64,000 bases of DNA from Sphyrna mokarran (Eukaryota), in NCBI GenBank assembly GCA_024679065.1, contig JAGIQG010000048.1, forward strand, positions 310,001 to 374,000. Direction: 5' to 3'. The notes under the pieces are model-generated. The model ran no database searches and was not told the origin of the DNA. It saw nothing but the letters and a program-made list of their open reading frames with translations. Shown here piece after piece: positions 12,024 to 24,594 of this stretch (within the stretch, counting starts at the first letter, position 1; the number at the start of each line of letters is the position of its first letter). The position numbers were made by a program, and so were the translations under genes.

Positions 12024-12332
12024 GTCCTGATCTGTGCCCTGATTCCACAGTGAAGATCCAGCCACCCCAAGTAGAGCAGGTCTTACTGGAGGCGACCGTG
12101 ACTTTAACCTGCATCATTTCCAATGCTCCTTATGGAGTTAACGTGTCCTGGATCCAAGAGGGGAAGTATGTGAAATCAGAGATTGCCGAAATGCCAGGAA
12201 CGAATCCTGACAGTGTGATCAGCAAATTAAACACCTCGACACAAGCCTGGCTGAGCGCGGTTGTGTTTGAGTGCGTGGTGAGCCATCAGGACCTGCCGAC
12301 TCCTTTGAGAACATCTATCCGCAAGGAAACAG
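12024..12332 (+). CDS. IGHM: IgM heavy chain Cmu3 exon
   Basis: [30 protein letters not shown]...VSW...[14 protein letters not shown]; acceptor ttcacag|, donor G|GTGAG. Confidence 0.96.
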
Positions 12333-12358
12333 GTGAGCTGAGAGATTGAGACAATAAT

Positions 12359-12948
12359 GTAGGGTCAATGGCAGCGTTCTGAGGAATGTGGAGGAACAGA
12401 GATCTTGGGGTTCATACCCACAGATCTCTGAAGGTTGCCACTCAAGTGGATAGAGCCGTGAAGAAGCTTCTAGTGTTAGTGTTTATTAACAGGGGGTTTG
12501 AGTTTCAGAGCCATGGGGTTTTGCTACAACTGTACCAGACCTTGGTGAGACCACATTTGGAATATTATGTTCAGTTCTGGTCACTGGTGACCAGATAGAG
12601 GTTTATAGGATGATGAGGGGGATTGATAGAGTGGATGTGCAGAGACTATTTCCCCGGGAGGATGTAGCTGTTACTAGGGGGCATGAATTATTAGGTTCAT
12701 GGTGGGAGATATAGGAGGGATGTCCGAGGGAGATTCTTCACTCAGTGGTTGGGGTGTGGAATGCACTGCCTGCTGTGATAATGGAGTCGGACACTTTAGG
12801 AACTTTCAAGCGGTTATCGGATAGACACATGGAGCACACCGGAATGATAGGGAGTGGGATAGCTTGATCTTAAGTTTGGACATAGCTCGGTACAACATCG
12901 AGGGGCCGAAGGGCCTGTGCTATGCTGTCCTGGTCTATGTTTCTATGT
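12359..12948 (+). mobile_element. CR1 LINE 3' fragment
   Basis: RDLGVH...LLQLYQTLVRPHLEY...QFWS with frameshifts and an internal deletion; TCTATG tail. Confidence 0.9.
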
Positions 12949-13380
12949 AATTGTATCACTGTGTCTATCTGCAGGGGAAGTTTGCTGGTCAATAGTTAAT
13001 ATTCAGTGCATGAATGGTCTCGCCCCCAACTGGGCCGATGGATATTTTTACGGGGAAGTTTGATGAATGAAAAAGTGAACTGAAGGCGATGTTATTGGGT
13101 TTAGATCGCAAAAGAAGTGAGGAGCCTGATGTGGAGCATAAAAACCAAAAACTAAAATGTGGACCAGTTGGGCTGAGTGGCCTGATTCTGGGCTGTAAAC
13201 TTTCCAATCCGCACCCCCTCTGGGTTATTTGAGAAAACAATTGTGCTCACCTCTCCTCCAAGCTGGAATTCAAAAATGGAAATAGTTAAAATCAACAGCA
13301 AAGCACGTTTTCCTGATATCTAACCAGCATTCATTGTCTCCAGAATTCTCCAGTTTATTGACATTGTACATTTTCTGCAG

Positions 13381-13772
13381 ATCCAAACCCACGGGAACCG
13401 TTGGTCTCTGTCCTCCTGCCCTCGGCAGAAGAAGTCTCCGCTCACAGATTCGTCTCCCTCAGCTGCTTAGTGAGACGTTTCTCCCCCCGAGAGATCTTCG
13501 TCAAGTGGACCGTCAATGACAAGCCGGTGAATCCCGGGAACTACAGGAACACCGAGGTGGTGGCGGAGAACGGCAATAACTCCTTCTTCATGTACAGCCT
13601 GTTATCCATCGCAGCAGAGGAATGGTCCAGCGGGGCTTCTTACTCCTGTGTGGTGGGACATGAAGCCATCCCCTTGAAGATCATCAACAGAACAGTTGAC
13701 AAATCCAGCGGTAAACCCAGTTTTGTGAACATTTCTCTTGCACTGATGGACACTGTTAATTCCTGTCAATGA
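13381..13772 (+). CDS. IGHM: IgM Cmu4 exon plus secretory tailpiece
   Basis: [19 protein letters not shown]...SCLV...W...[23 protein letters not shown]; internal donor G|GTAAAC at 13710/13711; tail [19 protein letters not shown] with N-glycan sequon and penultimate Cys. Confidence 0.98.
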
Positions 13773-13799
13773 GAATCACTCACTTCCATTAAAAACTTC

Positions 13800-13814
13800 A
13801 ATAAAAATAATAAA
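13800..13814 (+). terminator. Poly(A) signals, secreted mu
   Basis: AATAAA at 13800-13805 and 13809-13814, ~30 bp after the stop, with T/GT-rich sequence downstream. Confidence 0.85.
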
Positions 13815-14799
13815 AACATATTCCTCTAACGAGAAATGAAATACCCAATTGTTTAATTGGTTGTTTTTCAGTTCCATTAAGTATCTTTGATTTGAGTCAA
13901 ATATTCTCAGGTCTTGGACCTAAAATTGCTGAACCAGGGCTCCCAACGGGTTAGGGTTAGAGTAGAGCACGTTCATTGCAAAATATCTTCACTGACTTTC
14001 CTCCAGCTGAGGAAAAGATAATTTCAACATTTCTGACAAACACATTTTGACCTCTGTGTGTCCCTGCTTCTCTCATTGTCCATGTCTTTAAGTTAGATGT
14101 CAGCTTTAAACTGCTGCACCAAACCCACTGGGAACTGAAGTGAGGGTCACACACAAAGACATGGAGAAATCATCACCCTCCCCATCGGATTGAGGGAGAG
14201 TGAAATTGTTAACATCCTAGATTCCCACTAACCCAGCAAAGAGAGGGGAGGAGCAGCAGCTAACCCATGCACCACAACTTCCTCAATGAAAAGAGGGGGA
14301 ATGTCATTATTTAATTCACTCTCCCTCCACCTCCTCAATGGTTAGAACCATCAGAGAGAAGTAAACTCGGAGCTCTCTCTCCCGTGTTTGGAAGGGAACG
14401 ACTGTCTGCTACAAGGACCCAGTTGCCAACAGTACAAATTCGTTAATTTCTTACAGATGTTGAAGTATCATTATCTTAACCATTGTAATACATACATATG
14501 CAACATAATTCAAAACTATTTCAACACTGTTCCTGCTAATCATGTGCTGGCATTGATTTTCCCGTAATACAAATTTAAACAGGTAATAGAATCCTCCCCG
14601 GTTTTCACTGTTCTGTCCCTGACATCCATCAATGAATTATTTCATTCACTCTCCTGACAACACCCTCACACAGTACATTTATAGAGTACATTATAAAGTA
14701 CATTTATACAGCACAACTCTGAAAATATGCTCCATTATTCAGGTTCTCTGGATCACATTCATTTAACGATTGTTGGTAAAACTTGGTGCAACAGTTTAA

Positions 14800-16865
14800 A
14801 AAATACACACACTGCTAATGCTGCAGAAAACTGTCAGAATTATAAATACACACATGGGCGTGCTGACACACTCACAAACACACTCGCATACAGACACACG
14901 CATACTCACACTGACACACACACACATACAGACACATGGACACAATTGCGCAAATATACACACAAATACACATGCACACAAATATAGGACATAAATATAC
15001 ACACAAACCCATACACATAGCCTCACACACAGAAATATGGACAGGCACATTCAAATACAGACACATTTACACAAATACACAACACACACGAATACGTACG
15101 CAAAAAGCACAGATAAATTCATAAATACAAATGCACATTCACGGACCATAAGTACACACAATTTCTGTACAAACACTCACGGTACCACAAATACACTAAT
15201 GGACCACATCTACAAACAAAAATACATCCATACACAAATACTCTCTCTTTCTCTCGCTCTCGGTCTCTCTCTGTCCCACACGCACCATGTACACACACCC
15301 ACACATATACAGAACACACAGGCATACACCCACACAGATAGAACATTACAGCGCAAAAGAGGCTGTTCGCCCTTCGATGTTGCTCCAACCAATTAGAAAA
15401 AAGCAGTGACCCTCTAACCTAAACCATTCCCTTTTCATCCATAAACTTATCTACTAACCTCTTAAACGCCACCAAACTTGGCGCATCTACAACTGCAGCA
15501 GGCAGGGCATTCCATACCTTACCACCCTCTGGGTAAAGAACCTACCTCTGATATCCGTCCTATAACTATCACCCCTTAATTTAAAGCTGTGTCCCCTCGT
15601 GATAGCTTTCTCCATCCTAGGAAAAAGGCTATCACTGTCCACCCTCTCTAAACCTCTAATCATCTTATATGCTTCAATAAGATCCCCTCTTAGCCGCCTC
15701 CTTTCTAACGAAAACAACCTCAAATCCGTCAGCCTCTCTTCATAAGACCTGCCCTCCATACCAGGCAACATCCTGGTAAACCTCCTCTGTACCCTCTCCA
15801 ATGCCTCCACATCTTTCTTATAATGTGGGGACCAGAACTGCACACAATACTCCAAGTGCGGCCGCACTAGAGTTTGGTACAGTTGCAACATGACGTTGCG
15901 GCTCCGAAATTCAATCCCCCTACCAATAAAAGCTAAGACTCCGGATGCCTTCTTAACAACCTTATCGACTTGATTGCCAACTTTCAGGGATCTATGCACA
16001 TATACACCAAGATCCCTCTGTTCATCAACACTATTAAGAGTCCTACCATTAGCCCTATACTCTACACATTTTAGACAGGTACTTGTACAAGAAAGCACAA
16101 AAAATGCACACAAATTATCAAATATGTACAAACACATGCAGGAACACATACAAACACACAAGTACACACACACCTGAACATACGTGACGGGGTACACAGA
16201 CCTGAACGCAAACACATGTATGCACACGTGCTATACGAACAGATAACATTGATGCAGATCCAAAACACACACAAACACATACATGCACTCAAACAAATAC
16301 ATATTCTCACACGTTCACGCTGAAATGATATGAATAGAGACCCACAATGTTATACATATTATCACTTATACGGGGAGATACAGATAACAATATTAACACA
16401 CTGCAAATAGATGAACAGAGAGCATATAGATGAACAAACGCAAACATGTGGATGCAAACATTCACATGCTCATACAGAACACCACAGCACACAATACTAC
16501 ACATGGAACCATATACATACACTGACACATCGCTATAAATAACTAACAACATGGCTATACATGCAGTAACATGTTAACAGATACACGAAGGAACAAACAC
16601 ACAGAAAGGGACGGAAATGTTACTCGACTGACAGAAATTAACACGTTGAAAAAGGCAGAGACACGTGCACACATTAAGAGAGACGTTAATAAATGCACAG
16701 AGACTTCACACAGTAATAATCATTTATCCACAATATCTGGAGAACAAAACATACAACCAAAAACAGCAACTACACAAATCAACAAACACAGGCAAATGAA
16801 CAATTTCATTAACACTCACACACATTTAACTCAGGACCAAAGATTAATGTAGCTCACAAAGTGTT

Positions 16866-16900
<35 letters not shown>
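14800..16900. repeat. Degenerate (CA)n-rich tract interrupted by CR1
   Basis: CA/TA dinucleotide-derived sequence ending in pure (CA)n at ~16868-16900. Confidence 0.88.
15337..16068 (-). mobile_element. Young CR1 LINE 3' fragment
   Basis: ORF 15487-16227: EQRDLGVYVHRSLKV...LVRPHLEYCVQFWSP...[10 protein letters not shown]; near-identical to the 46911 copy. Confidence 0.95.
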
Positions 16901-16905
<5 letters not shown>

Positions 16906-17464
16906 ATCTTAAATACAAGCGGCAGGCAAATGATGAAAGTAACATTTAAATGTGAATTTTAATGCTCATATCCACCCACAACTATCCTGATGCACAACGC
17001 ACCGCCAAACACGTTGAGAAACTGAATTGAGCTCATGATTTACTAAACAAACCCACCGTAAATAAACAAAGATCGGAAATTATATCCCAACTCTTAAATA
17101 GCAGCATTCACAGTTACAGATCTGACACCATCTGTGAGAACAATCATCAGTTTCTCCATATCAATCATAACATTCTTCAATAAGGGATACTGGCAAATAG
17201 TTCAAAATGAACTGATTCTCAAGGGAACATCTTCAGTGCTTCCTGACACAAACAGTCCAAGGAATGTACATAAGGATCAGGCATGAAAATATTTACAGAG
17301 ATCGGTTACTCAGTGTCCTGAACTTAATGGTAAACATACATTGAAAACTATACAAGAGACCGAATGAACGGTTTATCAAGGAGAACAGGGAACAGAAAAA
17401 TAACAATAACATTCCCGGGATAAATAAAGTAATCTAATTTCAATTTCTGGTCTCCGTCCCATAG

Positions 17465-17592
17465 ACCCCACCGACCGCACCTGGATTGAAGACAATGAGG
17501 ACGATAACAGCAACATCTGGACAACCGCTTCCACATTCATCGTCCTGTTCTTCCTGAGCATTTTCTACAGCACCGCAGTCACTCTGGTGAAG
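17465..17592 (+). CDS. IGHM: IgM transmembrane exon TM1
   Basis: Spliced from 13710 gives DPTDRTWIEDNEDDNSNIWTTASTFIVLFFLSIFYSTAVTLVK, the conserved antigen-receptor TM motif; donor AAG|GTGAG. Confidence 0.97.
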
Positions 17593-17732
17593 GTGAGATG
17601 GTTCAGTTCACTCACATTTCAAACTGGCAGAACGGATTTGACAGATCTCTCAATGTTTCACTAATTAAAAACTGTAACATTAATGTCCCGCATCACAAAC
17701 ATCTGCTTCATTATTGTCTCTTTATTTTACAG

Positions 17733-17741
17733 ATCAAATGA
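17733..17741 (+). CDS. IGHM: IgM transmembrane exon TM2 (IK-stop)
   Basis: Strong acceptor ctctttattttacag| then ATC AAA TGA, 140 bp after TM1. Confidence 0.9.
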   Translation: MK

Positions 17742-18185
17742 TGGTTTGAATTTTGGAAACTGCAGATTTCCCTCAGCTGATGATCAACACCTCTGTATGG
17801 CTCATATACAATATCTGCTCTTGGTGAATCTATCAGTAAAATTCTCTCAGTTTATCATTCTGAATCGGAGGCAATCATAGACCTTATTTCAGTTTTCAAT
17901 GTGAAATATACCAGTTTTTTTTGTTATAATGTAATTGTGGTTAATAGTTTCCCTCTAGTTTAAAGATCATGTATAAATAAGAAACTTTTCTCATTCCTTA
18001 TTCATGTTTGTTAATTCCTCTTTCTATTACGGTCCTGTTTTCTCTTTCTGGTGTATGTAACAGATGTACAAATATTGATGGATTCCCTGGACGTGTTCTG
18101 TTCTTAGTGTGAAGCACGATCGCTCTGTTCATTTTTCTAACTTTAAAAAAAATACTTTCGCTGTAAAATATTCTCTTAATTTTTA

Positions 18186-18202
18186 AATAAATTTTAAATA
18201 AA
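18186..18202 (+). terminator. Poly(A) signals, membrane mu
   Basis: Tandem AATAAA at 18186-18191 and 18197-18202. Confidence 0.7.
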
Positions 18203-19400
18203 AATTTAACTATCTCTGGTTTGCCTTAATTCCGTTCTGCTAAACCCATCCACTCCGTTCCATTTCCCTATTATATGGTTTTCCCCCCCTTTCCCAGACA
18301 GGAATATTCCCCCCAGTTATGTGTGGGATGTGATTGAACTCAAAACCCTTTAGCCACTGCGCCGTCCAGTGACTCATCTGTGTAAAGACACCTTCATCTC
18401 TGCCTTTTTAATAAGAAAATCCAGGGACGGAATGAATTAAGAATGAGGAGAACCTCAGTCATTTCACTCATAAACTGGTCTGTCACTGACAGAGTTTCAG
18501 GTAATTCTAAACAGCAAAAGGCTCTGCTTCCTCAGAGGCCGATGCAAGAGAGTGTGCGGCAGAAGATAATTTCCTTCACACTGCCCCAGTAAAACACCAG
18601 CAGTGTCGCTGCAGCGTGGGTTAACAGAATTTCTCAATATATCCTCCGATTGAATACTTCCAAGGCAGTCATAACATCTAACATCTACAATCTAACATCT
18701 ACAATCAAAAACTAATCAATTACAGTCAAAAACTAATCAATTATCGATTTCCATACCGATCATTCCCGCCTCATATTAGTTTAAAATCAATTACACTCCA
18801 CCATTCAATCGTGATGGGTTTCTCATTCCTATTTTCCTGCCCTCTCTACATAACCCAAGATCACTTTCTTGACCAAGAACCTATTTAACTCTGTCTGAAA
18901 GACACCCAGTGACCTGACTCCCCCACAGGTCTCTGCGGCGATGAGTTCCACAGATTCAGCACCACCCCCTCCTCCCCCCCACCCCCGCGTGAAGGAATTC
19001 CGCCTCAGCTCATAGAATTCCTACAGTCCAGAAGGAGGATATTCAGCCCATCAACAGCGAGGAGGAATATTCCCACAAGATGCTGGAAGTGATTGCAGTA
19101 AACAAAATTGAAAAGTGTAAATGTAGACAATTTTTTTGTATGCACAATCAAGAGTTGCATATCAAATGTATAGCTTGAGGAGATGGTAGATTTAAATCAG
19201 AGATGAAGAGCATCTCTGCTGCTCACAGAGGATGGTGAATTTGTAGAATGCATTGCCCCATAGCGCTGTGGAGTTTCAATCATTAAATGATTTTTGAAGA
19301 AGGAGACGTATATATTCCTGAGAGTAAGAGGGATGAGGGGATATTGGAACAGGTGGGGAGATGGATTTGAGACCTGGGAGAGATCAGTCATGAACTGATT

Positions 19401-19738
19401 ACAAAGAACAACACAGCACGGGAAACAGGCCCTTCAGCCCAACGAGCCCACGCTGCCACCCCGATGTTCCCACCTCTACCCGTGATCCCTGTCTATGTTT
19501 ATAGATCTATGGATTAAAAACCAAATTTGAGACAATTTAGGGAGAATTTGTTTTGCCCATTAGCCTAAGAGCACATCTTTGGGATGTGGGAGGAAACCGG
19601 AGCACCCGGAGAAAACCCACACAAGCACGGGGAGAATGTGCAAACTCCCACAGACACAGGGCCCAAATCCATGTATCTGCACAGCACAGCGATAGTCACT
19701 GAGCTGTTGTGTTGCCCATCAAACGGTCCAGGTCAAGC
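19401..19738 (-). mobile_element. 3' UTR fragment of SINE-carrying CR1 subfamily
   Basis: Near-identical to 28138-28482; V-domain plus GTTCTTTGT tail. Confidence 0.8.
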
Positions 19739-20387
19739 AATTTGCAGTGTTTGTTTTGTAGATCAGAGTGAGTTAGGGGCTGGAAATGCGCTGAAGTCAC
19801 AAATTATAAGAAGGAGCTGTATTTAAATGTACAGAGAACATAACAGAGAGACTGGGTTCAGCTGGATTTCTGAAGGGACTGAGGAAAAAGATGTGAGTTT
19901 AAAAAAAAATGGAAAATTCAGCGTAAACGAGATTTGTGTCCCATTATACTGAACAATTATTTAATAAATCTGGATGAGAAAATAGAGAAATCTTTCAAAC
20001 AATACAAGGTAAGCTTATAAAATAATTAGCTGGCAATCGACATATTTACTGGCGGGAAGAGGAATATGAATGCAAGTACATTTTCCCTGTGAATATTACT
20101 GACAGAGAGATTAATGCAGTTGCTTTACTAATTGTTTGCTTTCTGGGGAAAGAGGGGAATAAAATTTCCCCCAAATCTCTCCTCAAACCTGCTTCACTAT
20201 CTTGTGATTAGACTGGTACAGCACCACCATCTGGTGGCGGCCCACTGTAACTGCAGGCGCTGCTGTTCGTGGGTCTCAGAGCAGGTCAGTCACTCGCTGG
20301 GAACATCTGCAAAACCTGGGGCTAAAATGGGAATATTGAACGATATTGTCCGGGATTGGAGTTTCCAGGAGGAGGAGGAGGAATTCG
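19737..20387. repeat. Segment A, duplicated in inverted orientation at 48530-49170
   Basis: Reverse-complement identity visible; ORFs 20132-20419(+) and 48485-48775(-) match. Confidence 0.93.
20221..20256 (-). promoter_or_regulatory. Candidate CTCF site with upstream (U) motif, ~2 kb 3' of IgM
   Basis: Reverse complement CTGCAGTTACAGTGGGCCGCCACCAGATGGTGGTGC: TGCAG U-motif plus core CCACCAGATGGTGG. Confidence 0.65.
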
Positions 20388-20947
20388 CCCTTTGTTTTAT
20401 AACCAGACACCGCACATAAACCGTGTTCTTCATTCCCCACAGTGGGATATTGTCTGGAGATTGCAGTTGGGATTATTTCAGACTGCAAATTGTACATTCC
20501 ATGCAGTTCTCAAATGTTCATCAGCTTCAGAATATTAGTGGGGAAACTTTTCTGTCCTCTGTACTTCGTTTGTCAGACGTTTTCAAGGACTTCTCTTACA
20601 AGGGCACAAAAGCAGAGACATTTACAAGGGACACACATCACACACACACATACGTACACACTACACACATATACACACCCACTGACACTCTCTCACACAC
20701 ACACACAGACACAGATACACATACATATAAACACACACACACTTACAGTTCGGTACACACAGGTCCTGGAGCACTCAGAGTTAGCGGACTCACACAAATA
20801 CATAAGCACACACACACACACAGGTACAGGGGTATACAGAGCTACAGGGGGCATATACAGATTCAGGGCTACATGTCAATGCAGGGGCAGACAAAGATTC
20901 AGGCGAGCACACACACAGATACTGGAAATTAGAAAGTTAGAAGGGCA

Positions 20948-21998
20948 CACACAGAATCAGGGGTATACAAACAGTGAAACTGGAGTATACACAGATACAA
21001 AGGTACACAGAATCAGGGGTATACAAACAGTGAAACTGGAGTATACACAGATACAAAGGTACACAGAATCGGGGGTATACAAACACTGAAACTGGAGTGT
21101 ACACAGATACAAAGGTACACAGAATCAGGGGTATACAAACAGTGAAACTGGTGTGTACACAGGTACAAAGGTACACAGAATCAGGGGTATACAAACAGTG
21201 AAACTGGGGCATACACAGATACAAAGGTACACAGAATCAGGGATATACAAACAGTGAAACTGGAGCATACACAGATACAAAGGTACACAGAATCAGGGGT
21301 ATACAAACAGTGAAACTGGAGTATACACAGATACAAGGGTACACAGAATCAGGGGTATACAAACAGTGAAACTGGAGTATACACAGATGCAAAGGTACAC
21401 ACAGAATCAGGGGTATACAAACAGTGAAACTGGAGTGTACACAGGTACAAAGGTACACAGAATCAGGGGTATACAAACAGTGAAACTGGGGCATACACAG
21501 GTACAAAGGTACACAGAATCAGGGGTATACAAACAGTGAAACTGGAGTATACACAGATACAAAGGTACACAGAATCAGGGGTATACAAACAGTGAAACTG
21601 GAGCATACACAGATACAAGGGTACACACAGAATCAGGGGTATACAAACAGTGAAACTGGAGTGTACACAGATACAAAGGTACACAGAATCAGGGGTATAC
21701 AATCAGTGAAACTGGAGCGTACACAGATACAAAGGTACACAGAATCAGGGTATACAAACNNNNNNNNNNNNNNNNNNNNNNNNNNNNNNNNNNNNNNNNN
21801 NNNNNNNNNNNNNNNNNNNNNNNNNNNNNNNNNNNNNNNNNNNNNNNNNNNNNNNNNNNNNNNNNNNNNNNNNNNNNNNNNNNNNNNNNNNNNNNNNNNN
21901 NNNNNNNNNNNNNNNNNNNNNNNNNNNNNNNNNNNNNNNNNNNNNNNNACACACAGGTCCTGGAGCACTCAGAGTTAGCGGACTCACACAAATACATA

Positions 21999-22047
<49 letters not shown>

Positions 22048-23018
22048 ACAGGGGTATACAGAGCTACAGGGGGCATATACAGATTCAGGGCTACATGTCA
22101 ATGCAGGGGCAGACAAAGATTCAGGCGAGCACACACACAGATACTGGAAATTACAAAGTTAGAAGGGCACACACAGAATCAGGGGTATACAAACAGTGAA
22201 ACTGGAGCATACACAGATACAAAGGTACACAGAATCAGGGGTATACAAACAGTGAAACTGGAGTGTACACAGATACAAAGGTACACAGAATCAGGGGTAT
22301 ACAAACAGTGAAACTGGAGCTACACAGATACAAAGGTACACAGAATCAGGGGTATACAAACAGTGAAACTGGAGCATACACAGATACAAAGGTACACAGA
22401 ATCAGGGGTATACAAACAGTGAAACTGGAGTATACACAGATACAAAGGTACACAGAATCAGGGGTATACAAACAGTGAAACTGGAGTATACACAGATACA
22501 AAGGTACACAGAATCAGGGGTATACAAACAGTGAAACTGGAGTATACACAGATACAAAGGTACACAGAATCAGGGGTATACAAACAGTGAAACTGGAGCG
22601 TACACAGATACAAAGGTACACAGAATCAGGGGTATACAAACAGTGAAACTGGAGCATACACAGATACAAAGGTACACAGAATCAGGGGTATACAAACAGT
22701 GAAACTGGAGTATACACAGATACAAAGGTACACAGAATCAGGGTATACAAACAGTGAAACTGGAGCATACACAGATACAAAGGTACACAGAATCAGGGGT
22801 ATACAAACAGTGAAACTGGAGCATACACAGATACAAAGGTACACAGAATCAGGGGTATACAAACAGTGAAACTGGAGCATAAACAGATAGAAAGGTACAC
22901 AGAATGAGGGGTATACAAACAGTGAAACTGGAGTATACACAGATACAAGGGTACACAGAATCAGGGGTATACAAACAGTGAAACTGGAGCATACACAGAT
23001 ACAGGGGTACACAGAATC
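20948..23018 (+). repeat. 56-bp minisatellite arrays (20948-21759 and ~22168-23018)
   Basis: Unit GAATCAGGGGTATACAAACAGTGAAACTGGAGTATACACAGATACAAAGGTACACA; period confirmed by unit starts at 22399 and 22455. Confidence 0.97.
21760..21948. other. Assembly gap (others at 25135-25494, 46456-46610, 51417-51623)
   Basis: Runs of N. Confidence 1.
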
Positions 23019-23473
23019 AACACAATTAATTTAAGGTGTTTTCAGAAGTTGGCTCTGCTCGTTCACATTCTCTTTACCCCTAATTGACAATTCAGAGGAG
23101 CCAGTGCCTGTGGGATCCAGCCCCTGGTTGTATGTCTGCTGTGTTTCATTCACGTGATATGGCTGACTGCTCCATTCCCTGTCTATACCTGTCTCTCCTT
23201 GCTTCTGTGTATCAGCCTCAGTCTATTTCACTCTCTCTGTGCCTAGATCTCCTTTCCCAATTTTCCTCTTATTTCCCTCTAAGCTCTCACTGTCTGTGTA
23301 ACCAAGGTTCACTGGATTGATTACTGTGCGAGGCAGTTACCCTCGGAAAAGGGATTTAATACCATGACACGGTTCTCTCTGGGCTTTGGAATAATGAGAT
23401 GGGATCTCATTGAAAAGTCTGGAACTACGAGGGAGAGTTTGGCAGTGTACAAGCTGAGAGATTGTATATGCTC
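23018..23473. repeat. Segment C (spacer between inverted satellite arrays), inverted copy at ~47982-48438
   Basis: ORFs 23084-23320(+) and 48135-48371(-) are almost identical. Confidence 0.93.
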
Positions 23474-24168
23474 CTGATTCTGTGTGTACCCTTGTATCTG
23501 TGTATGCCCCAGTTTCACTGTTTGTATACCCCTGATTCTGTGTACCTTTGTATCTGTGTATACTCCAGTTTCACTGTTTGTATACCCCTGATTCTGTGTA
23601 CCTTTGTATCTGTGTATACTCCAGTTTCACTGTTTGTATACCCCTGATTCTGTGTACCTTTGTATCTGTGTATCCCAGTTTCACTGTTTGTATACCCCTG
23701 ATTCTGTGTACCTTTGTATCTGTGTATACTCCAGTTTCACTGTTTGTATACCCCTGATTCTGTGTACCTTTGTATCTGTATATGCCCCAGTTTCACTGTT
23801 TGTATACCCCTGATTCTGTGTACCTTTGTATCTGTGTATGCTCCAGTTTCACTGTTTGTATACCCCTGATTCTGTGTACCTTTGTATCTGTATATGCCCC
23901 AGTTTCACTGTTTGTATACCCCTGATTCTGTGTACCTTTGTATCTGTGTACTCTCCAGTTTCACTGTTTGTATACCCCTGATTCTGTGTACCTTTGTATC
24001 TGTATATGCCCCAGTTTCACTGTTTGTATACCCCTGATTCTGTGTGTGCCCTTCTAAATTTCTAATTTCCAGTATCTGTGTGTGTGCTCGCCTGAATCTT
24101 TGTGTGCCCCTGCATTGACATGTAGCCCTGAATCTGTATATGCCCCCTGTAGCTCTGTATACCCCTGT

Positions 24169-24205
<37 letters not shown>

Positions 24206-24594
24206 TATGTATTTGTGTGAGTCCGCTAACTCTGAGTACTCCAGGACCTGTGTGTGCCGAATTGTAAGTGTGTGTGTGTTTATATGTATGTGTATCTGTG
24301 TCTGTGTGTGTGTGAGAGTGAGTGTGTATATGTGTGTGTAGTGTGTACGTATGAGTGTGTGTGCGGTGTGTGTTTATATGTGTGTGTGTGATGTGTGTAT
24401 ATGTGTGTGTGTGTGTTTATATGTGTGTGTGTGTGTGATGTGTGTATATGTGTGTGTGTGTGATGTGTGTCCCTTGTAAATGTCTCTGCTTTTGTGCCCT
24501 TGTAAGAGAAGTCCTTGAAAACGTCTGACAAACGAAGTACAGAGGACTGAAAAGTTTCCCCACTAATATTCTGAAGCTGATGAACATTTGAGAA
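23474..24594 (-). repeat. Inverted 56-bp minisatellite array plus inverted copy of 20507-20947
   Basis: Reverse complement of the same unit and of the flanking unique/CA sequence. Confidence 0.95.

Noticed and set aside
9795-17741. IgW or IgNAR identity
   Set aside because: Four C domains, a CH1 with the light-chain Cys, and mu-type tailpiece and TM exons indicate IgM.
18597-18610. CCAGCAGTGTCGCT as a forward CTCF site
   Set aside because: One base short of the core spacing.
18672-18745. Short tandem micro-duplications 3' of IgM
   Set aside because: Consistent with ordinary slippage; no functional signal.
20381-20392. GAATTCGCCCTT resembling a TA-cloning vector flank
   Set aside because: Only 12 nt, with no further vector sequence. 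The paralog at 48530 shares the GAATTC context, and the difference is explained by a microhomology deletion.
21949-22175. Higher-order repeat of the pre-satellite flank
   Set aside because: Directly abuts an N gap and may be redundant contig overlap; cannot be trusted without reads.
20948-24046. Regular repeat array as CRISPR
   Set aside because: Head-to-tail 56-bp units without unique spacers, no cas genes, vertebrate context.
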